This document shows, piece after piece, positions 57,913-64,000 of a DNA stretch of 64,000 bases. Positions within the stretch are counted from its first letter, which is position 1; every line of letters begins with the position of its first letter. Below the pieces are notes generated by a model. It was not told the DNA's origin and searched no databases. It saw only the letters and a program-made list of their open reading frames with translations. The stretch is from Podarcis tiliguerta. Taxonomy: Eukaryota. The stretch lies in assembly GCA_965153285.1 (NCBI GenBank), contig OZ229112.1; one strand, given 5' to 3'. The position numbers and the translations under genes are program-made.

Positions 57913-58306
57913 TATTTTAATAATAAATACAGTTAAAATTCAAAGAAGTCAATTCCTATGCTTTTGTTTATTTTTTTGTAGTTTTTAGAATGCATAGTAT
58001 TATTAATTTTGTTCTCTTTACTTTGACAATCTAAGGCTGCAAGCCTAATCCCATTTACCTGGGAATAAGCCCCATGGAATTCAATAAGGTTTACAACCGA
58101 GTAAATATAGTTTTCCTCATGAAAATACCAATATTTAACACACACCTAAGCATAAACATGTTTGCTAAGTTATACCCATTTTATATTTCATGACATATTT
58201 CCAGTTTTGATGGTGGATAATACTAAAGTGGCTATGACTGCAATCCCATGCACAGTAAACTGGTTTTATTTATTTATACAGTTTTATTCTGTGTGACTTA
58301 AACATA

Positions 58307-58662
58307 CAGTGGTGCCTCGCAAGACGAAATTAATCCGTTTCGCGAGTCTCTTCGTCTAGCGGTTTTTTCGTCTTGCGAAGCAACCCTATTAGCGGATTAG
58401 CAGATTAGTGCTATTAGCGGTTTAGCGGCTATTAAAGGCTTAAGGGATTAGCGGATTAGCTGCTAAAAGGCTATTAGCAGTTTAGCGCCTTAGAAAAAGG
58501 GGGTGGGGAGCGAAAAAAAATCGCAAGAATCGCAAGACATTTTCGTCTTGCGAAGCAAGCCCATAGAGAAATTCGTCCTGCGAAGCGCATTGAAAAACGG
58601 AAAACCCTTTCGTCTAGCGGGTTTTCCGTCTTGCGAGGCATTCGTCTTGCGGGGCACCACTG
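58307..58662. mobile_element. Young Tc1/mariner-type MITE, copy 3
   Basis: Same TIRs, TA duplication and internal array as 7933..8287. Confidence 0.9.
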
Positions 58663-59744
58663 TATCTTTATAAACATATGAACAAATAAAGCTGCCTTAT
58701 ATGAAATGAGCCTACATTAAGATACTTTTGGGCCAAGTGAATACTCTTCCCACCCCGGACTTTTTTGGTGCCAGGTGAATGCTTCCCTGCCCCGGACTAT
58801 TTTGAATGTTTTTTTTTATGGGGGTGGGGCACTTTGGAACAGATAATGTATACTGGGTTTTAAATGCTGCTTGTTCTGCTTTTTAAGCAAGTGACAGAAT
58901 GATTTTTAGGGTGCAATCCTAAAGTGGAGAAGAGATTACAAAGGCAGTTTAAAATGTCATCCAATGTCCTGTTGGCATCAGGACAGAACTGAAGACAGAG
59001 GCTAATCAGTTACTAGCCTCAGGATTTAATTAAAAAAATATTATCCAATTGGGAAGAGTGAAAGTTTTAGATACACTCAAGAACATGTCTAAATCCTGTC
59101 AGTAGGGCAAATATTCTAAAAAAAACCAAAACACTTGAACAAGTTAGGATGGAATTTCTGCCTTCCCCATTTTGTTGGGCTTTTGACCCCTATCAGTTCT
59201 AGCCAGGATGACCAATGGCTAGGGATGACAGGAATTTTAGTCCAACAACATATGGAAAGCCACAAGTCCCCCATCTCTGTCATAGGTCTCTGTCTTCCAG
59301 CCCAACTAGTAGCAGCTTTTCTATGATTCCCCCTTCAGCTTCCTGTGCTACATCTTATGCTGTACCAGAGGGTTCTCCAACTCCCAGGAACAAATTTGGA
59401 GGATGCGAGGGTCAATGGTGGGAACAGGGAACTGGTGAAACTTTCCCTCTGCTCTGATCCACTTTGTTCAATGAATGGATCTCTGTTTCCAACCCCATAA
59501 CTTTAAAAAAATTCAGAACTAAATGTCGTTTTAATTTCCAACAATGGAAAAATCTGTGTGCTGCCATAACTTAGAAAGCAATGAACATCCATATGATAGT
59601 CATCAATCAAAATACAAAGAATTTACAACCTGAAAACAGCTCAGTATTGGGTATCTTCAGAATATAGTTAGTAGTTCTGAATAAAAAGTTTAGCACAATC
59701 AAGTTTTAAAATATTTGAAACACGCTGAAAAAATATATATAACA

Positions 59745-59750
59745 TTTATT
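59745..59750 (-). terminator. ABCB10: Candidate proximal ABCB10 polyadenylation signal AATAAA
   Basis: AATAAA on the minus strand about 85 nt after the stop; a longer UTR is not excluded. Confidence 0.4.
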
Positions 59751-59835
59751 GTACATAAACTGAAACATAATTTAAAATTCTTGGAAATGTGATACATTTC
59801 GATACTCTTTCATAATTTTAAAAAATATTTTTCTT

Positions 59836-60097
59836 TCAGGATTTCACATTTAATGCAAAACTTTCAGGAGACTGGATAAAAGACTGTTTCTTCATTAGTT
59901 TGCTGAAAAGTCCATCTGGGTTTGCAAGCAGTGTTTCATGCTTTCCACACTCAATAATTCTACCTTGGTCAAGAACTGCAACAGAATTAGCATTCTGAAT
60001 GGTGGACAGACGATGAGCAATAATGAGGACAGTTCTCCCTTCCATGAGCCGATCTAGTGCTTCTTGGACAAGATATTCATTTTCAGCATCCAAAGCA
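59836..60097 (-). CDS. ABCB10: ABCB10 last exon, coding part
   Basis: [57 protein letters not shown]...NVKS then TGA. Confidence 0.94.
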
Positions 60098-63000
60098 CTA
60101 ATTCAGGAATAGATTGAAGGGAAAAGATGTGATATATTCCCCCACTACACTCTGAGAGCTATTACTTTAGTACAGACTAGTTGTCTAACCAGCTTGCTTC
60201 CATTTCATTTAAAAATCTGCCACAAATACACTTAAAATATTGTTATTTCACAAAGTCCACATTCTGTGGACAAAATAATATCCCATTATTTATTGGAAAA
60301 GATAATCTTAACCCATTTTGTCTTCAGCAACACAAAGCACCTTTTGACAGATCAGTTCCTACTGAAATTTAATTAAATGTGTTCATTTTTAATCAAATTT
60401 ATTTTTAATCAAGTTTCAAAATGCAAGGAGCACATCTGAATGGGAGCTTCCTAGTAGGAGAGAAGGAAGTGTCGCAGAAAGAAAGACAGCTCCTCTGATT
60501 GTACAAATGAGCACAGCTTATCCTGCGCTGATTTTTGTGATCTCCTGGCCTGGACTTGCTGAAGCATTCCACAGATGTGGTCAGAAACTGTTGGAAACAT
60601 CAAGTCACAGTTCCTTCCAAACTGCTTTGAAGAAAAATACATGGCCTGCTCTGGCATAAGGTGAGTAGTATAGAAGTATTAAAAGGTCAGTAGTAGAGAA
60701 GAAATGATCACTTCTGGGGGGAAATGTTTTACTTACCTCGTTGCTTCATCAAGAAGAAGAATTTTTGGATTCTACAGAACAAAATGAACTTGGTTTTACT
60801 TTGACAGTTTTTTTAATTGAAGGTTGTGTTAATGTACATACAATGGAAAAATAAATGGAACATTAGGGAGAATACTTCAGGTCTCTCTTCCTCTATACAA
60901 GTGGAAAGCAACTATGAGATCACCTTTATTAACAATGAACTTTTCACTGGTTTCTGGTGGAATTGCTACATAAGCATAGATATGAAGCAGTTAAGTTTGC
61001 TGCTTCAATTACATGAAGAATATAGGGAAGAAGCAAACACATTCAGAAGAGCAGCATGCCAATGTCATTCTATGCAAAAATTTGAAATTCCTTGGAGAGC
61101 TGACATAAACAATACATATTAACGTATAAGGATGAACTGGAGTAAACATGGTAGCTTTTAATATGCACTATTAGATTATTAAGATTCCTCTAAAGCACAA
61201 TTGCAAAAATGGCAATGTATTAGTAAAAGGTAAAGGTAAAGGTACCCCTGACCATCAGGTCTAGTCGTGACCGACTCTGGGGTTGCGCGCTCATCTCACT
61301 CTATAGGCCGGGAGCCGGCGCTTGTCCGCAGACAGCTTCCGGGTCATGTGGCCAGCGTGACTAAGCCGCTTCTGGCGAGCCAGAGCAGCACACGGAAACG
61401 CTGTTTACCTTCCTGCTGGGGAGCGGTCCCTATTTATCTACTTGCACTTTGCGGTGCTTTCGAACTGCTAGGTTGACAGGAGCTGGGACCGAGCAACGGG
61501 AGCTCACCCCGTCGCGGGGATTCGAACCGCCGACCTTCCGATCGGCAAGTCCTAGGCTCCGTGGTTTAACCCACAGCGCCACCCGCATCCTCAGTACTCA
61601 GTACTAAAACAACAAAAATGTTTTATCACACACTAGAAAAAAAAGATTCTGCTATAAAAGTCCTTTCCTCAAACTTTTTTTTAATTTTTATGTAGAGACT
61701 GGAGTTTGTATCTAACTAAATTAAGAGCTATTACCAACAAACAGGAAGGCATTTTACATTATTCTAAAGTAATCTGCAAGCTAACCCTCTTAAAGTGCTA
61801 AGCAAAGGTACTACACCTTTGACACCTTAATCAAAATTACTACCTTCCCAGAGCAAAAATGTTGCTCCTGGAAGAGCAATCTATTCCAGACAAACCTGTA
61901 GAGCAGGTTTCAGATGGAAAAGTAGCGCCGGACAATTTGACTCTATAGTAAACATCATATAATGCCACAACTGTAACACATTTCCTATTCCTACTACCTC
62001 AGTTAAGAAAAGTCTATTTGACACATAAGTTTTCGCTTGTTGTTCTTTCAAGATATGGATATGAGAAAAGCCAATTGGTTTCTGTCTTACCTTGAGAAGA
62101 GCTCGAGCAATTGCAATCCGTTGCTTCTGCCCACCTGTTAAAAAATGTAACATTAAAATATTTTTTTTCCTGTTTTTTTCTCTTTATGAAAATTCTTAGT
62201 AAAACGCAGGAGGATTAATTGCTCTCCACTAATTCCGCAAGAAGAACTACATTTTAAAGCTTTCCAGAGGAGTAGCTGTATGAGTGAGTTGCAGCAAAAA
62301 CAACAGTCTTGTGACACCTTAGAGCAGGGGTCAGCAAACGTTTTCAGCAGGGGGCCGGTCCACTGTCCCTCAGCCCTTGTGGGGGCTCAGACTATATTTT
62401 GAGGGGGGGGGGAATGAACGAATTCCACAAATAACCCAGAGATGCATTTTAAATAAAATCACACATTCTACTCAAGCAAAAACACGCTGATTCCCGGACC
62501 ACCCGTGGGCCGGATTTAGAAGGTGATTGGGCCAGATCTGGCCCCTGGGCCTTAGGTTGCCTACCAATGCCTTACAGCAGTTATGGCCAAATTTGGCCCT
62601 CCAGCTGTTTTGGGACTACAATTCCCATCATACCTCACCACTGGTCCTGCTAGCTAGGGATGATGGGAGTTGTAGTTCCAAAACAGCTGGAGCGCCAAGT
62701 TGCCTTAGAGATTAACAAATTTATAAACGCATAAGTTTTGGGGACTAGGGTTCACTTCATCATTTAATGTAAATGAATCGTAGAATCATAGAGTTGGAAG
62801 GGATCCTGAGGATCATCTAGTCCAACCCCCTGCTTTGAAGAAACATGCAGCTGTCCTTTAAGGGGATTGAACCTGTAACCTTGGCACTATGCTCTAACCA
62901 ACTAAGCTATCCTGCTGTAAGAATAATTTATTTCTTTGTTTATAATATAGTGCTGTCCTAAGTTGCAGGTTGGATAAAGGGAAACTTGTAAACAGTCAGG

Positions 63001-63749
63001 TCAGAGAGAAATAGAATGCATAAAGTACAGACAGTGGCCTGGTTTGTCACGCTAAGCCAGATTATCAGTCAGTGCAAATGTGTAAGCATGTGGACCCATG
63101 GAGAGGAGATCATGGCCTCTTTGCTCCTCCCTGGGATATTAACAAAATTAAAATTATATTTTAAAAGCACATATATTACACAATGCATTTTGAAAAGTTT
63201 GAAGTCATACCTGAAAGAAGAACACCTTTCTCCCCCACTAAAGTGTGGAATCCGTTTGGAAAGTTTTGGATAAAACTAGCAGCATTTGCTATCTCAGCAA
63301 CTCTCTCAATTTCTTCAGTAGTTACTGTAGAAGGGTCCTCTGCACCATAGGCAATGTTTTCAGCAATAGAGCATGAGAAAAGAACTGGTTCCTAACGTGT
63401 AAAATACAACATTATTATATGAGTTTTTTTTATATCTGAAGTCTTAATATTTGCTACCAATTGCAGTGGTTAAACATTTTGTACAGCAGTGGATCTATTC
63501 CCTCTATAGGAATATAGGATGTATTCCTATATTCTATAGGAATATAGAAGGAAGGGTTCTCAAACTTTTGTCCAAAGCTTAAAATGGAGCATTGCAACAA
63601 GAATCTACCTTTCACAAGGAGTGCAGCAATTAGGATAAATATACAAAGAATCACTGCTTCTCTTCTTACCTGACTTACTGTTCCGATTCTATTCCTGAAC
63701 CAGAGTGGATTTAACTGACGAACATCAACACCATCGACAGTGATGCTTC
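59836..63749 (-). CDS. ABCB10: Mitochondrial ABC half-transporter, 3' part (last five exons, nucleotide-binding domain); 5' exons lie beyond the window
   Basis: Q-loop VSQEP, signature [16 protein letters not shown], Walker [14 protein letters not shown]-loop IAHRLST; next to NUP133 as in mammals. Confidence 0.93.
60737..60771 (-). CDS. ABCB10: ABCB10 micro-exon, Walker B
   Basis: [11 protein letters not shown]; 35 nt; TAG/GTAAG boundaries. Confidence 0.93.
61226..61590 (-). mobile_element. Sauria SINE in an ABCB10 intron
   Basis: (AAAGGT)3 tail, full body, tRNA-like head; CpGs largely intact. Confidence 0.92.
62091..62134 (-). CDS. ABCB10: ABCB10 exon, ABC signature
   Basis: [14 protein letters not shown]; 44 nt. 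Confidence 0.93.
62325..62569. mobile_element. hAT MITE, same family as 56948..57247
   Basis: CAGGGGTCAGCAAAC ... GGTTGCCTACCAATG; flanked by CCTTAGAG and CCTTACAG. Confidence 0.85.
62578..62702. mobile_element. Second, palindromic hAT-type MITE with a shortened right end
   Basis: CTCCAGCTGTTTTGGGACTACAATTCCCATCAT ... ATGATGGGAGTTGTAGTTCCAAAACAGCTGGAG; flanked by CCTTACAG and CCTTAGAG. Confidence 0.75.
62779..62912 (-). mobile_element. tRNA-head, CR1-tail SINE (Squam2-like)
   Basis: TAGAATCATAGAGTTGGAAGGG...ATCTAGTCCAACCCC (reverse CR1-type 3' end) plus GGGATTGAACCTG...CTCTAACCAACTAAGCTA tRNA-like head. Confidence 0.65.
63211..63391 (-). CDS. ABCB10: ABCB10 exon, fourth from last
   Basis: [60 protein letters not shown]; 181 nt. 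Confidence 0.94.
63670..63749 (-). CDS. ABCB10: ABCB10 exon, fifth from last
   Basis: [26 protein letters not shown]; 80 nt. Confidence 0.92.
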
Positions 63750-64000
63750 CTTGAACAAGAGATGGTTGTTAGATAATATTCTAGGAACAGAGGGAGAAAT
63801 AGGAGGCTCAGCAGAATGAGAAATAATAGCAGAGGGAATGGTTAAGTGACACAGGTTACTGTATGCATGGCCTTGGCAATTATATCCTGACTGGAACAGT
63901 CTCCTCCTGTCACCTACTAAAATCACATTTATTTGCCTATGCTTTGGAAGACTTGGATAAGGTTGCTCTGGATCTTAATAATTTGTAATAGTCTGAAGAC

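Noticed and set aside
61500-61590. tRNA-like sequence with A/B boxes (also near 2150, 4700, 33190 and 62865)
   Set aside because: These are SINE heads attached to SINE bodies, not standalone tRNA genes.
63522-63544. Resemblance to an FRT recombination site
   Set aside because: Only the TTCCTAT / TATAGGAA cores match. Arm length and spacer do not fit, so the resemblance is probably chance.

Overview
Eukaryotic genomic DNA from a squamate reptile, probably a lacertid lizard judging by the Sauria SINE copies. It carries the conserved vertebrate block ACTA1 - NUP133 - ABCB10, all on the minus strand. I assembled the exons by hand from GT-AG boundaries. ACTA1 is complete (6 coding exons, 1134 nt, 377 aa, plus non-coding exon 1 and a CArG/M-CAT/TATA promoter), but 146 N's replace part of exon 3 at exactly the expected length. 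NUP133 is complete (26 exons, about 3444 nt, about 1147 aa). The last five exons of ABCB10 are present and the gene runs off the right edge. Introns and intergenic DNA hold Sauria and other tRNA-derived SINEs, Bov-B tails, L2 remnants, Tc1/mariner-type and hAT MITEs, a probable solo LTR and a decayed DIRS tyrosine-recombinase retroelement. Most ORFs in the supplied track are spurious. I found no convincing new protein-coding system. The best second-look items are the DIRS relic, the exact-length N mask, stacked and nested transposon insertions, MITE-borne CTCF-like motifs, candidate muscle enhancers and an excess of AAG splice acceptors in NUP133.
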